Origin: Peribolospora baueri
Lineage: Eukaryota
NCBI GenBank assembly: GCA_029717555.1
Contig: JAMDHS010000011.1
Coordinates: 248,001-312,000, forward strand
DNA length: 64,000 nt
Direction: 5' to 3'
Position 1 is the stretch's first letter. Each line of letters opens with the position of its first letter. This document shows positions 1-11,986 of the stretch, piece after piece. The position numbers and the translations under genes were made by a program. Below the pieces are notes generated by a model that made no database searches, was not told the origin of the DNA, and saw only the letters and a list, made by a program, of their open reading frames with translations.

Positions 1-1865
1 CCTGTTCGAGCGAATTGGCGGCAATCTCGGGCGGGACGACGCTGACGCGGTGCGGATCCGGTTTGCCAACGATCTCGAGATGGTCGCCCTGGTGGTACGA
101 CAGGGCGTTGCCCACGACGCTCCCATCTCCGACCGATTGATGCCCGCCGCCTCCGCCTCCGCCGCCTGCCTCGACGCTCGCGACGGCGTGGCTTCGACTG
201 ACCCTCTCCCAGACGTCTTCGCCGCTATCGTAGCCGCCTTGGCCGTCGTCCGAATCGCCCGTGACGCTCATACTCTTCACGCTCTCCGCGTCGGCGTTAG
301 CGCGGCCGATGGGGAAAAGCCGAGGGGGAGGAGGAGACGCTTCCGTCGTCATCGTCGTCGTCGTGAAAGCCTGTCCATGGTCCTTGAACGTGTAGCCATG
401 CTCGGCAGAGGCGCCGCTCTGCCGCGCGGGCGAGCTGTCGTGCAAGCTCGTGCCGGGACTGCCGTCGCCGGAGCGTGCGCTCAAGTCTGCTCCTCCGACG
501 GAAAAGATGCCTTGCGAGCTTGCGCGCGACGCGGTGAGGGACTGCGTGGTCGTCGACGAGGTGTTGCGCGGCTGAGCGCCAGGGTCGACGAAATCTGCGA
601 GCACATCGAAGCCGGTCGGGGCGGAGGGGGGAGAAGAAGGTGTGGCGGCCAAGTACTCCATCGACTCGCCGCGCCGCAGCTGCGGTTGTGATGCAGCGGT
701 CGACGTGGACGACTCGGGACGACGGTCGATGGCGACAGTGGAAGAATCGCGGCTGGAGGGACGGAATCCGTAAGCGTGCGAGTCCCTGCTGGGGCTTCTG
801 GAATGGGGAAAGTACCGGTGCTGACTCCTTGCAGAGATGCTGGCGGCCGAAATGATGGAACTCTCCCGCGATGAACGACGGGTCCGGTTCTGCTCCGGAC
901 GACCGCCGCCGGGAACAAGGGTACGGGCGGGGACGGGGACGGGGATGGGGGCGGGGACGCCGGAGGCAGACGCGAGCGAGCTCGTCCGCGAATGAGCGCC
1001 TCCCTTTTGAGAAACCGAAGCCGCGGAGCTGGAGCGGGAACGCGAGAGGCCGAGCCGGTGACCCGAAGACGAAGAAGCGACCGAGTTCATCCTGGAAAGA
1101 GAGCCAGCGTGTTGTTCACCCACGGAAACAGCACCAGACCCCGAGCTGGCGCTCGGTCGCCGGGACCCGCCGTGATGGGACAACCCGGCGGCTTGAACGA
1201 CGGACCCGGCACTAGGGCTGTGGGCGAGCTTCATCCTGCCGTTCGCATGATCGACCTGTGCGACGGGTTGTTTGAAACCGGTGCCACCCCCAGGGCTCGA
1301 CACTGCGACGCCGGGAGAGAGTGGCGATTGGGATTGGCCGCTCGCCAATGGCGACTGCGTTAGCGGCAGGCCTTGGGTGGTGATGAACGGGATGCCCTTG
1401 GATGCGCCACCGCCGACGCGTCGAGCGCCATCGCCGCCGCCGCCACCACCACCACCAGAGCCGCCTGAGACGACAGACAAGAGAGCGGAGGAGGAGGCGG
1501 AGGAAGACCGTCGCCTCGGGAACACTCCTGGAATGCCAGTTTCTTGAGTCGAGGCCGATACGGGTTCGGCGGCAATGACGGACGGGACCGACGAAGCGGG
1601 CTTGGGATTTGCCGGCGGTTCGGCGCGATGGGGCATGGGAGGCACGCTGGGAAAGCTGAATTGGTGTACGCCGCCGCCGAGGCTGCCCAAGCTGCCGACG
1701 GTGGAGATGGGGCTGCCCGGGTCGTGGCTGTCGAGGGTGCTGTGGTCGTCTTCGAGCCGCGCCAGGTTCATGGTCGCTGCAAAGGCCGCGTCGGGCCGAG
1801 CCTTGGTGACGTTCGAGTGCTGTTGAGACGTCTCGTAGCGCAAAGACTCGTGGTTGGCAGCCGCG

Positions 1866-1897
<32 letters not shown>

Positions 1898-3852
1898 ATC
1901 CGGTGCGAACGACATGAGCTCGTGCACGGGGGGGGAGGACGCGGCCGAGTCGATCATCTTTACGCCCACTTCGGCTTCCCCCTCCCCTTCCCCTTCCCCT
2001 TCCCCTTCACCCCGATGCTTGGCGGCCGACGGACCGTTCTGATTCGATGGCGGGCCGAGGACGGCCTGTCTTTGTACGGGGCTGGAGCGTGGGGTGCCGT
2101 AGACGCTGTCGGTCCCGCCATCTTCCGTTGCTGCCACACTGTCCGACCTGCTCATCGTCCGGTCCACCACCTTTCGCTGTCGACCATCGGCCGCCGGCTG
2201 CTTTGCCCCTTCCAGCTGTAGTCCTTCAGCGGCGAACGACGGCTGCCTCTCCAGGCCGAGCGCGTCGCCGTTCGGCATGGCCTCCTCCTCCACTTCCAGT
2301 TCCTCCTCCAGTTCCTCCTCCTCTTCCTCTTCGGCTTCCCCGACATCGCCCAGCCCGGCCGCCTTGAGCAAATCCAAGCCGTTCTTGCTCGTCGAACGGG
2401 ACAGGGATCGCCTCAACCCCGCGGCACCGATGCTGCTGGCGCCGGCGTCGGCAGGTGACAACCGGCCGGACATGCCGAGTTTCTCGAATACTTCGTCCAA
2501 CGCCATGCTCACGCGCTGTTGCGCCTCGGGGCTGAGATTGTCAAGGACGGCCGAGCCGGGACGGTGGCGGAAGTGGGAGGGCTGAGGGTAAGAAGGATCG
2601 GGCGAGTCTGATGCTTGACTTGGCGACGGCGACAACGACGCGTGCCGTTCATCGCCCTCGATGACGGCCGGGCTCAAGAGGCCGGACGAGGCGGAAGCGG
2701 GCGGATCGCCATTGGCATCGCCGTCGTGGCCGAAAGCTTCGGTAGCCATGGAGTCACGCTCGCCGACGGAGCCGAGATACTCGGAGCGGATGCCGGCCGA
2801 GTCGTCGCTCTGTATGCGTATCGGTCGGGTGGGCCGGGAGAAGTGAGGAGTGGGACGAATGCTGGATCGGGAGCCGGTGGACGAGCTGACGGACGCGACG
2901 CGTTCGAGGCTTTCGCCCGTTGCCGTCGTCGTCGCCGACAAACGATCCCCGTTCGCGGAGGGGGGAAGGGAAGAAAGCGGCGTCGTCAGCGCGGCAGGAC
3001 TCCTTCCGGCTCGAGGGCTCTCCTGCGCCGTGCCCCAAGCGCTGGCAGAGTCGTTGTTGTTGGAGTGGGTCGAGTCTGAGCGCTTGCGCGCGTCGGTCTT
3101 GGCGACGCGGCGCAAGTAGTCGGCATCACGGGCGGATTCGCGGCTGGAGAAGAGATTGGAGGTGCCGCCGGAGCGAGGGGAGTGAGTGAGAGGGTTTACG
3201 GAAGGGGGCGGGCTGTAGGTGAACGCGGATCCGGGCGATGGTTGGCCGGTGTAGGCGGCGTACTGGGCGGCGGAGGGAGAGGGCGTGAGGTGGTCGGGGA
3301 GGTGGTTGCGCTCATGGAGAGCCTGGGCTCTCATTTCTTCGATGACCGCGTCTTCCTCTTCCTCGGTGAGGTAATTCCTGGGCCCGTCGTCGGGGACGCC
3401 GTTGGCGCGGGCGCGGTCACGCTGATTGCGGAGGTGGCGGCGCATATCGTCGGTGGAGACGAGCTCGCCGTTGGGGTGGCGGAGGAGGGTGAAGCGGCGA
3501 GAGAGATGGGGAAGGATGAGGGATTGGCCTGGGAAGACGAGGGGAGGGAAGAGGAGAGGCGACGGTATGCGTGAGCGGAAGACGTTCGGTTCGACTCTTC
3601 CTTGCTCAGAGCGGGAGCAGGATGCAAAAAAGGCGCGAAGGCGAGCTTACGATAATCGCTCGTGGGCGGCAGCACATTGTCCAAGCTGGGCAGGTGTCGG
3701 AGGGATTGGCCGGGAGGCGGGCCGTGTTCGTTGGCGTAGGGCCCATACCGCCCACGTCCGCCGTCGACGGCGTTGGCGTTGGCGTTGGCGTTGGCGTTGG
3801 CGTTGACGTTGGGGACGTGGTGGCTCTTGCGGAACTTGCGGAGCTTGTGCAT
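1..3852 (-). CDS. Large Ser/Pro/Ala-rich, probably disordered fungal protein (>1,200 aa, 3' end beyond the window edge)
   Basis: ATG at 3852 (MHKLRKFRKS...). A GTAAGC...CCCAG intron at ~3650-3529 joins DYR to QSLILPHLSRRFTLLR. My manual translation then stays open to position 1. The ORF track lacks it, presumably because there is no stop in the window. Confidence 0.75.
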
Positions 3853-4589
3853 GATCGGGAGGGGCGAGACGGTGGAAGCGGAGATGGCTAAGAAAGGGGG
3901 AGCGGGATGTCGGCCGGCGAGGGAGCGAGTGAAAGGAGGGGAGGGTGCTGAAAAATTAAAGAGAGAGGGAGGGGATAGGGTAGGGGGAGGAGGGATGGGT
4001 GAGGACGGCGTGGGGGAGGAGGGTGGAAGAGGGGAGGGAGGGACGAGACGAAGGGTTGTGGTCGTGGTATTAGGGGTGGTGGTGGTGGTGATGGTGATGG
4101 TCGTCGTCGTCGTCGTCGTCGCAATCCGACGATGAGATGATGATGATGTTGTTGTGTTCGATGTCGACCTCGAGCTCGGACTCGCTCGCTCGCACCCGCA
4201 CTCACTCTACTCTACTCGCCCTCGCTCGCTCGCTCGCACTCAACAGTCCCAGCCGACGCTTCCCACCGACGCGGCTTAAGAAGAGTGGAGGCGCCGGCCA
4301 GAGAAGAGCCTCCGTGCGGCGGCGGCAAGCCGGGTTAGAGCAGGGCAGGGCAAGGCAAGGCAAGGCAAACCTCGGCTTCGCTTTGCTTGGCTCTTTTCTT
4401 TTTCTTTTTTTTGCTCCCCCGTCTTTTCTTTTTCTTTGCCTTCTTCGCCTTCGCATTCGCCCACGTTCCTTGCGCAGGTCTCCCGTCTCCTGTCTCCCCG
4501 ATCCCCCGTCCCTCCCTCCTCGACCGAGCGCCGTCCATCACGCTCATCCCTGCCGCCTGCCTGCTTCCTCCTCCGCCGTCCAAGATCAT

Positions 4590-4825
4590 ACGATACCATA
4601 CGATACCATATCATACCATACCACACCCTGTCTTGTCCTGTCTTGATCTGTCATGTCATGTCATGCCATGCCATACCATGTCCTGTCATGCCCCTTCATG
4701 CCCATACACATGCCCCAGTCGTACAAAGCCCGCCGAGTAAACGTAAAAGGAACAACCCGACAGCGCTTGCTATGCTATGCTATGTCATACTATGCGATAC
4801 TATGCCATGCTATGCTATGCTATGC
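4590..4825. repeat. Compound pentanucleotide microsatellite region (CATAC, CATGT/CATGC, TATGC units)
   Basis: Visible tandem units such as cataccatacgataccatatcataccatacc and tatgctatgctatgctatgc. Confidence 0.8.
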
Positions 4826-5299
4826 GTATCGATCCGATACGACGCTCACCGTCGCTCCATCTCCATCACATTCTCGCGCCCGCTCGGACACGCTCGGACA
4901 CGGCACCGCACGGACGGACGGCCATCTATCTATCTATTTACGGAAGGCAGGTACGACGACATCGAAGGCGAAAGCACTCGCTCGCTGACTTGCATGCCGC
5001 CCGCTACCCCCACCCCCACCCGTCATCATCGGGAGGGAGGGGAGTGAAAGAATGCCATTGCACGCCGGCATGCCACCGCCAGGGGCAGGAACGCCGCCCC
5101 GCCGAGGACCGCCCGCGTCGCGTCACGTCCCGCACGGCCCGCCATCTACCCATCCATCTATCGTCTATCGTCTATCATCTATCGCCTGTCTATCTCCTAC
5201 CCGCCGTAGAAGCAAGCATGCCGTGCACATGCTCGTCATCATCATCGAATTCTATCATCCCGTCCATCCCGCCGAAAGATTCTAAGCGAGGCGCGACAT

Positions 5300-5348
5300 G
5301 AATCGAATCGGATCGGATAGAATCATCGAATCGAATCGAATCGAATCG
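5300..5348. repeat. (AATCG)n pentamer microsatellite downstream of the GH127 gene
   Basis: gaatcgaatcggatcgg...gaatcgaatcgaatcgaatcga, followed by an A-run. Confidence 0.8.
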
Positions 5349-5395
5349 AAAAAAAAAAAGGAAAGCAAAGACAACATCACATGGACTCGCCCCTC

Positions 5396-8300
5396 TCAGT
5401 TCCACACCCGCACCTCCGACGGACCCCTGTTCGCCCAGCTGAAGTAAGGCACAAACACGACTTCCGTCTCTTCCACCTCGGCCCTCCCCTCTTCCGCCGG
5501 CCAGAACGCCCCCCGAGCCGCCGTCTTGGCCACGGGCACCTTGGCCTTGAGCAGCACGGGATCCAAGCCCGTCGGGAACGCCGCCCCCCACTCGCTCGCC
5601 CTCACCTCTTCGAACGCCTCCGCCCTCGGCCCGCGCCCCCCGCCCGCGCCCTCCAGCCGCACCTGCCGCAGGTCGCTGATCCGCGCCGGCACGTTGTCCA
5701 CGCTCTCCAGCGCGTACACCAGCGGACCCCGCTCGACGGCCAGCAGGCCCGCGTTGGATGACACGAGCGCGTGGGAACGCGTGAGCCGCGGCGCCAGCGG
5801 AATGTCCAGCCGGATGCTCGAGGCCGACGTCAGCGTGAACACGAGGTAGCCTCCGAGGAGGGACGCGTTGGGCAGCGGCGTGTCGTTGAGGGAAGCCTGT
5901 CGAGCGCCGTGAGAGGGGAGGGTAAGAAAAAAAGCCAAAGAGTGATCAGCCCGCCCAGTTCGCTCCTTCTTCCCTAACGGACGACCGAATGCTCCGCTCA
6001 CCGTCCAACTGGTCGCCCAGCCGGGCACGCGGACCTTGACGTCCACCTCCAGTCCCTCCGGCCACTCGCGGCCATCAGCGTCGAACGAGATACGGACCGC
6101 GCCGTCCCAAGGCCAGTCCGTCTCCTGCTCCACGACCACCGTCTGCCCTCCAGCCAACTCCACCTTGCACGTCGAGCCGAGGTAGAGGTGCACCGCCAGC
6201 TCGGGCCTGCCCGTCCGGTCGTTCCGAGACGTAGTGTAGACGTACTGTCCCAGCGAGTTGAGCAGACGGGCGACGTTGGGCGGACAGCAGCTCACGTCGA
6301 ACCACTCGCTCCGCCGGTACACCTTCCCCACCGTCTCCAGCGGGTTCTCGTAAAAGAACGCCCGGCCGTCCAGGCTGATCCCCACGAGCACCGCATTGTA
6401 CAGCGCTCGCTCCAGGATGTCATAGTAGCGCGACGAGAGCGAGGCGAAAGCCGTCGACCGAACGAGGCGGTGGCAGAGGAAGATCAGTCCGATCGACGCG
6501 CACGTTTCGAGGTAGCCCGACGAGTTGGGCAGGTCGTAACTCGGACCAAAGCCCTCCCACTGGCGTACGGAACCCAAGCCACCCTGGAAAGAGCGAAAAC
6601 GACGGTGCCAGGCAAAAAGTTCAGGATAAGCCCGGCTTGAATGTGGCGTTGCTGCGAGGTCGTGCGGGTAGGCACGAGGAGGAGAAACAGAACGGAACGC
6701 ACGGTGATGTACATCTTGGTATCGACCATGTCGTCGAACAGCTCCTGGGCCTTGTTAAAGAGCCTTTCATCACCAGTCTCCCGAGCCACGTCCACGACGC
6801 CTGAGAGCCAGTACCTGTCAAATGGCAAGGGGCGCATCCGAGTTCGCTCAGGCGGACAGGCGCGCGAAAGACAGCGACTGCGCTCTCGAACCCGCGTCCC
6901 AGGCACACTCACGTCGCACGCACGGAATGTCCGTTGACCTCTTTAATGTCCCAGATCGGCGCCTCGGCCTGCTGGTACCAGTAACTCCGGGGACCCGGCC
7001 AGTAATGCGGGTACCACTTCTCGGGGTCCACGCCACGTTCCTTTCGAAAAGAAAAGGGGGCCAGGACGGGTGTGAGCTTGGCGTGCCAGACGAAGGGCAA
7101 GGTTTGTCGGCCGCGAGTCGACGCACTCTGGCTTCCTTGTCGTAGTAATGCCCCTCGCCGTTCTTGCCCTCGCTTCCTCTCTCCAAGATGAAGAACCTGG
7201 CCAACTCGACCAACTTCTTCGCCTTCTCCTCCCCCTCCGCTCCTTCCTTCTTCCTGATCATCTCTGCAGCCCGAACGAGGGCAAGCTCGATCTCCTGGTG
7301 GCCCGGGTAACCTTTCTTCTGGCCCGGGAGGGGACCAAAGATGGAGGAGATGAGGGAGACGTACTTGACGAGGGTGGGGAGGAGCGAGGTTGCGGAGGGA
7401 GAGGCGGAAGGGGAGAGAGAGACGAGCGCGTCGTGCGCTACGGCTCCCTCGAGGAGGTGGCCCGCATCGTAGAGCTCGTGGTTGTGGCTGGTTGGACGGT
7501 TGAAAGGAGATCAGGGTGAGCAAAAAGAAAGGCAGAGGGCGAGGATGAAGTTGAGTTGTGAACCGCTCGAGCTTGCAAGGGCGAAGGACATAAACGCTCA
7601 CCACAGATCGGTCCATCTCTCTCCCGGCTTAACGACGTTGTAATACGTATTGATGTATCTTTACCGCCAAAGGGCAGAAAAGGGCAGGCCACGGCGACAG
7701 GAAATAAAGAAAGGGCAGAAAGTCAGCCAACCGGCACGAGTCGGGTCGCTGTCACGTTCTAAAACGACAAAGCCTCACCTGTCCTTGCCTTGGCCTTCTT
7801 TGACAATGTCCACAGCCTCGTCGACGAGCTTGCGCACCTCGGCGAGATGGTGCTCGTCGTCGTCAACCGAAGAGGAGGAGGGCGACACGGCGGCGTTGTG
7901 TAAGGCGTAGCAAGCTGCCTGCGAGTGCGGGACGGCAGAAGAGCGGTCATGTTCGCGGGTGGTGGCATGGGAAAAAATGGGCGGACAAAATGCACGTGCG
8001 TTAACGACCCACCTCGAGCCACTTGCCGACGTCTGAATCCCAGAAGATGTGCGGCTTTGAGGGGATGCAAAAGGCGAGACAGATGTAAGTGAGCGAAAGA
8101 AGGGACACGAGCGATGACTGCCTTCTTGCGACCGAGAGCTGACCTCGTTCGGATCGCCGTGCTTCCATGTGTACCGCATACAGTCCCAGCGACCGGTGGT
8201 CTTCATCTGTTGGAAAGGGAGGTAAGCAAGATGTGAGGCGTTAGCGCGACGGTGCCGACGGCAGCGCTCGTCTCGTCTTCCCTGCCCCGACGTCGAACCG

Positions 8301-8425
8301 ACCTGTGTGTACATCTGATCGAGCGTGCCATCCTTGGCAACGGTGGCGCGAATGCGCGGGGACCAGAAAGGCGAGGACACGGAGAGCGCGGGGAATTGGA
8401 CAGGCAGCTGCCGGTGGGACGCCAT
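5396..8425 (-). CDS. Glycoside hydrolase family 127 (DUF1680), beta-L-arabinofuranosidase-like; multi-exon, no evident signal peptide
   Basis: Spliced motifs FWDSDVGKWLE, HELYDAGHLLE, GYPGHQEIELALVRL, GHSVRATY, EGFGPSYDLPN, YLETCASIG, SCCPPNVARLL, ERGPLVYALE and PYFSWANRG match GH127/HypBA1 hallmarks. ATG at 8425, TGA at 5396. Confidence 0.93.
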
Positions 8426-8635
8426 GTCGGACTGACTGCGAGGCTGGTGTCGGTGAAAGAAAAGGTACGGAGAAGACGGACGGTGAGAGTGGGGGGAGGC
8501 CGGTGTGCATGCGCATCCTCCTCGATACATATCCCTTCCTTTCTTTCGTTCTTCACCTCGTTCCTTCCGCTCCGTCGTCCAGCTCTAGCTACCTGTCTGC
8601 CCGTCCGTCCGTATGTCCTCTTGCGTCACCACGAT

Positions 8636-8880
8636 TTCGGCAATTTATTTGCCCGGAGACGGCTTCTGGCCGGTTCGGATCTGGCCGCTCTGCTCGGTTC
8701 ATCGGTTCAGCACGGCTTGCTTCCTCGTTCCTCGTCGTCGAACGCCGACGGGGGCGTTGGACGAGGAGATGGGCGACGGAGATGACGAGCATCGGCAACG
8801 GGCCACGGGCGATCGGTTTCCGGCCACGTGGCGATGAGATTGCCGAGCGAGCGCCGTGTCGGCAATCTCTGTGCGGGGCC
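8636..8880. promoter_or_regulatory. Cis-element cluster in the bidirectional GH127/MFS promoter
   Basis: GAGATTGCCGA (8836-8846) and TCGGCAATCTC (8859-8869) form a perfect inverted repeat. Extra TCGGCAA copies at 8637 and 8792, GCCACGTGGC palindrome at 8823-8832, GCGGGG (SYGGRG) at 8873-8878. Function is inferred. Confidence 0.55.
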
Positions 8881-9202
8881 CCTGTGCGAGGGTAGGACAG
8901 AGCCGAGTGGTCGGGGCGACGGATGTGTTAATTGTCGACACCATCCGGATCATCAGGACGAGACGGAAGAATGGAACAACTCGCTTGGAAGGGCAGCAGC
9001 GAGGCAAGCGAGAAGAGGAGAGAAGGGAAGAGAACTCCGCGACTCTCCCCTCCGCCTCTTCTCTCCAGGTCGTATAAGAAGCCAAGCAAGCAGCTGCACC
9101 CCACATCAGCTTGGCTAACTAACGTCTTACCTTCCCTTCTTGAGCCGACGCGCTTCTTGTGCTAGCTCGCATCCGACACCGCCCTCTCTCCTCCGCCTCG
9201 CC

Positions 9203-11678
9203 ATGGCAGATCCAGCAACGTCCCCCGCACGGACGGGGGGGGTCGTCGACGAGCAGCCGGCGCCGCCTCCCTTGAGCACAGACGTCTCCAAGCCCTCCAT
9301 CCTGACCTCGGCGTCGGACGATGCCGACGACGAGCTCCGCCTTGCCGCCGTCAAGAACATGGACGTGGGCGACGAGGTGCCGCATGGGTTTGTTTCCTTC
9401 TTCAAGAGCTTGAGAAAGGGCGACTGGTTCTGTCTGCTCTGCTGTCTGTGCATGAGCATCGCCAACATCTTCCAGGTGCGTGCGTCTGATGCGACGACCG
9501 CCACCCGCTCCGGCCCACCTTATCTAACTCGCCCCCCGTTCTCCTTTCCTTCGCCGCCGGCTCGTGCAGGGCTACGACACGGGCATCATCTCGTCCATCA
9601 CCTCGGACCCCAAGTTCGTCTCCTACTTCAACATGACAGCGGCCGAGACGGGCGCGTTCGCCGCTATCATCAACGTCGGAAATGTCATTGCCAACTTGGG
9701 CATCACCGCCTACGTGAGCGGCACGTGGGGAAGGAGGCCTGGCTTTATTATCGCCAGCGCCGTCCTCTCTCTCGGTGTCATCTTGCAGGTAGCCAGTGTC
9801 AACGTGGCCATGCTCTTGCTCGGTCGGATCATCGCGTGAGCGTCCCGGCCAGAAAGGAGGCTTTTTCAGCATCTTTTCACGTCCATGCGAACGCTCACCC
9901 TCCTTTCTCGCTCTTGTTTTGCTCCTTACCCCGTCCGATAGCGGTATCGGTTGCGGCCTCGCCGGGTGCACGCTTGCCGTCTACCTCGCCGAGATCACCC
10001 CGACGCGATGGCGAGGTGGTGCCGTCTCGATGATTCAACTGGCCTACAACCTCGGAGTGGTCATTGCCTATTGGGTTGCGCTAGGCACCCAAAAACTGTG
10101 AGTGTGCTCCGAAAAAAAGCTTTGGAAGCGTCATCGCACATGTCGAGGGACAGCGGTTCCTGACAAACTCTGGGCGTCTCCGTCTCGGCCTCGTCAGCAA
10201 CGGAAACCTGTCTTGGAGGATCGGAAACGTGCTTCAACTTTTGTTTGGTACTCTTCTCGTCCTCTTTGCCATCATCCTCCCCGAATCTCCACGTCACCTC
10301 CTCTCGCGTTCCCAGCATCCTGCGTCTCCCACCGATCCCCGTGCTTGCGACGCCCTCCGCAACCTCTCTCGCCTACGGTGCCTGCCACCCGATCATCCGG
10401 AGCTGAGGAGCGAGTTTGACGAGTTGACCAAGGCATACCAGTTCCGAAAGGACGCAAAGATGGAAAAGGTGGCCTGGGGCGCGTTCATACGCAGCAAGTC
10501 GGTCTGGAAGAGGCTCGGATATGGCATGGGCACCATGGCTTTGGGCCAGGTTTCCGGCGTGGGCGCGCTCATGATTTACGGGTGCGTCCTTCTTTTCGTC
10601 GGCGGAGGAGGAACGCTGGGCGCTGAACGACGGCCATTTTTGTTTTCTTCCTCATCTTCCCTTCTCCACCCCCACTGCTCGCCGACGGAAAAGCGTGACC
10701 ATCTTCGAACAGTTCCTCTCCGGCCGGTCTCTCTCCCTCATCACCCAAGGCGTGTCCGGCATTCTCAGCTTCCTCTCCGTTCTCGTCTCCATCTTTCTCG
10801 TAGACCGCTTCGGACGTCGGAAGCTTCTCTTGTCCGGCAGCGGCGTCCAAGTCGTCTGTTACCTGCTCATCGCAGCCTTGCTTGCAAAGTGGCCCGCGGG
10901 GGAAAACAAGGGCGCGGCGGCGGTGGTGATTATCTGCATCTTGTTGATCCAGATGGCTTACTCTGCCAGCACCGGACCTGTCGCGTGGGTCTACGGTGAG
11001 TGAAGATGGTGCCGCTACCGGCGCGTCTTGAGAAGGGCGGGAGGGGAAACGAACGTTGACCTGATCGTTTTCGACGACCGACAGCATCCGAGATCTGGCC
11101 TCAGGAGCTCCGAGACCGAGGGGTGAACCTGGCCCAGTTTGGCCAGCAGGCCGTCCTCATCGCCCTCAACCAGGCGTGGCCGGTGATGGTGGCGAACATG
11201 AAGGAAAAGGTGAACGAGCGTGTTCGTCGCCCCAATCCCCGCGTCCTCTCCTCCTCTGACCCCAACCCTCCTCCTCTCCTCGATATCGTCCCTCGACCGG
11301 CGCGCACTCCACAGGCCTACTGGGTCCTCTTCTCCATCAACATCACCGCCTGGACCGTCGTGTTCTTTCTCTGGCCCGAAACGAGCGGGAGGAAGGTGGG
11401 TCTCGTCCCGCGCTACACTTCCCTTTCGTCCGTTCATGTTCGCTCACCCCCGCAAAACCAACGGCGATTTTGTCGAAACACAGCTGGAAGAAATCGACGC
11501 CATCTTCGGCGAGATTGATGTCTTGTCGGCCGCGCGCCGGGCCCATGACGAAAGCTGTCAGGTTGAGGGTGAGAAGAAGGACAAGGACGAGGGCGAGGGC
11601 GAGGAGAAGGAGAAGGCGGCGCTCAAGCGAGGCGCCGACGTCGAGCACCACGAGCGTCTTTCGACCGACTACACCTGA
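9203..11678 (+). CDS. MFS sugar porter family transporter, multi-exon
   Basis: GYDTGIIS, WGRRPG, GRIIAGIGCG, YLAEITPTRWRG, PESPRHL, VDRFGRRKLL, GPVAWVY.SEIWPQELRDRG and WPETSGRK-LEEIDAIFG are sugar-porter signatures. Canonical GT-AG introns. Confidence 0.93.
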
Positions 11679-11811
11679 CCTCACCTGACCGAACCAGACG
11701 AATCGAACCGCCTTCCTCCTCGTCGTTTCCTCTCTTCTCCTTTCCTTTCGCCACGTTCGTCGGTAGCGGACTCGGGCTCGGGCTTTGCATCGCATCGTTC
11801 TCCTCGTTTAA

Positions 11812-11986
11812 TTTCTCTTTCTCTCTTGGTCATCTCCCTCTATATACCCGCTACCGTGTACGAGGTCAGAAACGACGTATGGAAAACAAGACAATCGGAA
11901 TCGGCTCCCGTCTTTTCTCTCTCTCTTGGTCATCTCCCTCTATATATGTACGAAGCCAGAAACAACGTATGGAAAACATGGCAATC
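11812..11986 (+). repeat. Imperfect tandem duplication (two ~73-85 bp copies) between convergent 3' ends
   Basis: ctctcttggtcatctccctctatata is identical at 11821 and 11921. Each copy continues ...tgtacga..cagaaac.acgtatggaaaaca...caatc. Confidence 0.9.

Noticed and set aside
50..3891. Many plus-strand ORFs (e.g. 50-691, 1544-2221)
   Set aside because: They are antisense shadows of the long minus-strand gene in GC-rich sequence, with no motifs.
5396..8425. Recent bacterial horizontal transfer of GH127
   Set aside because: The gene has many canonical spliceosomal introns and host-like composition. Any transfer would be ancient and needs a phylogeny.
11812..11986. CRISPR-like or LTR interpretation of the direct repeat
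   Set aside because: Only two diverged copies, eukaryotic context, no cas or retroelement genes, no TG...CA termini.
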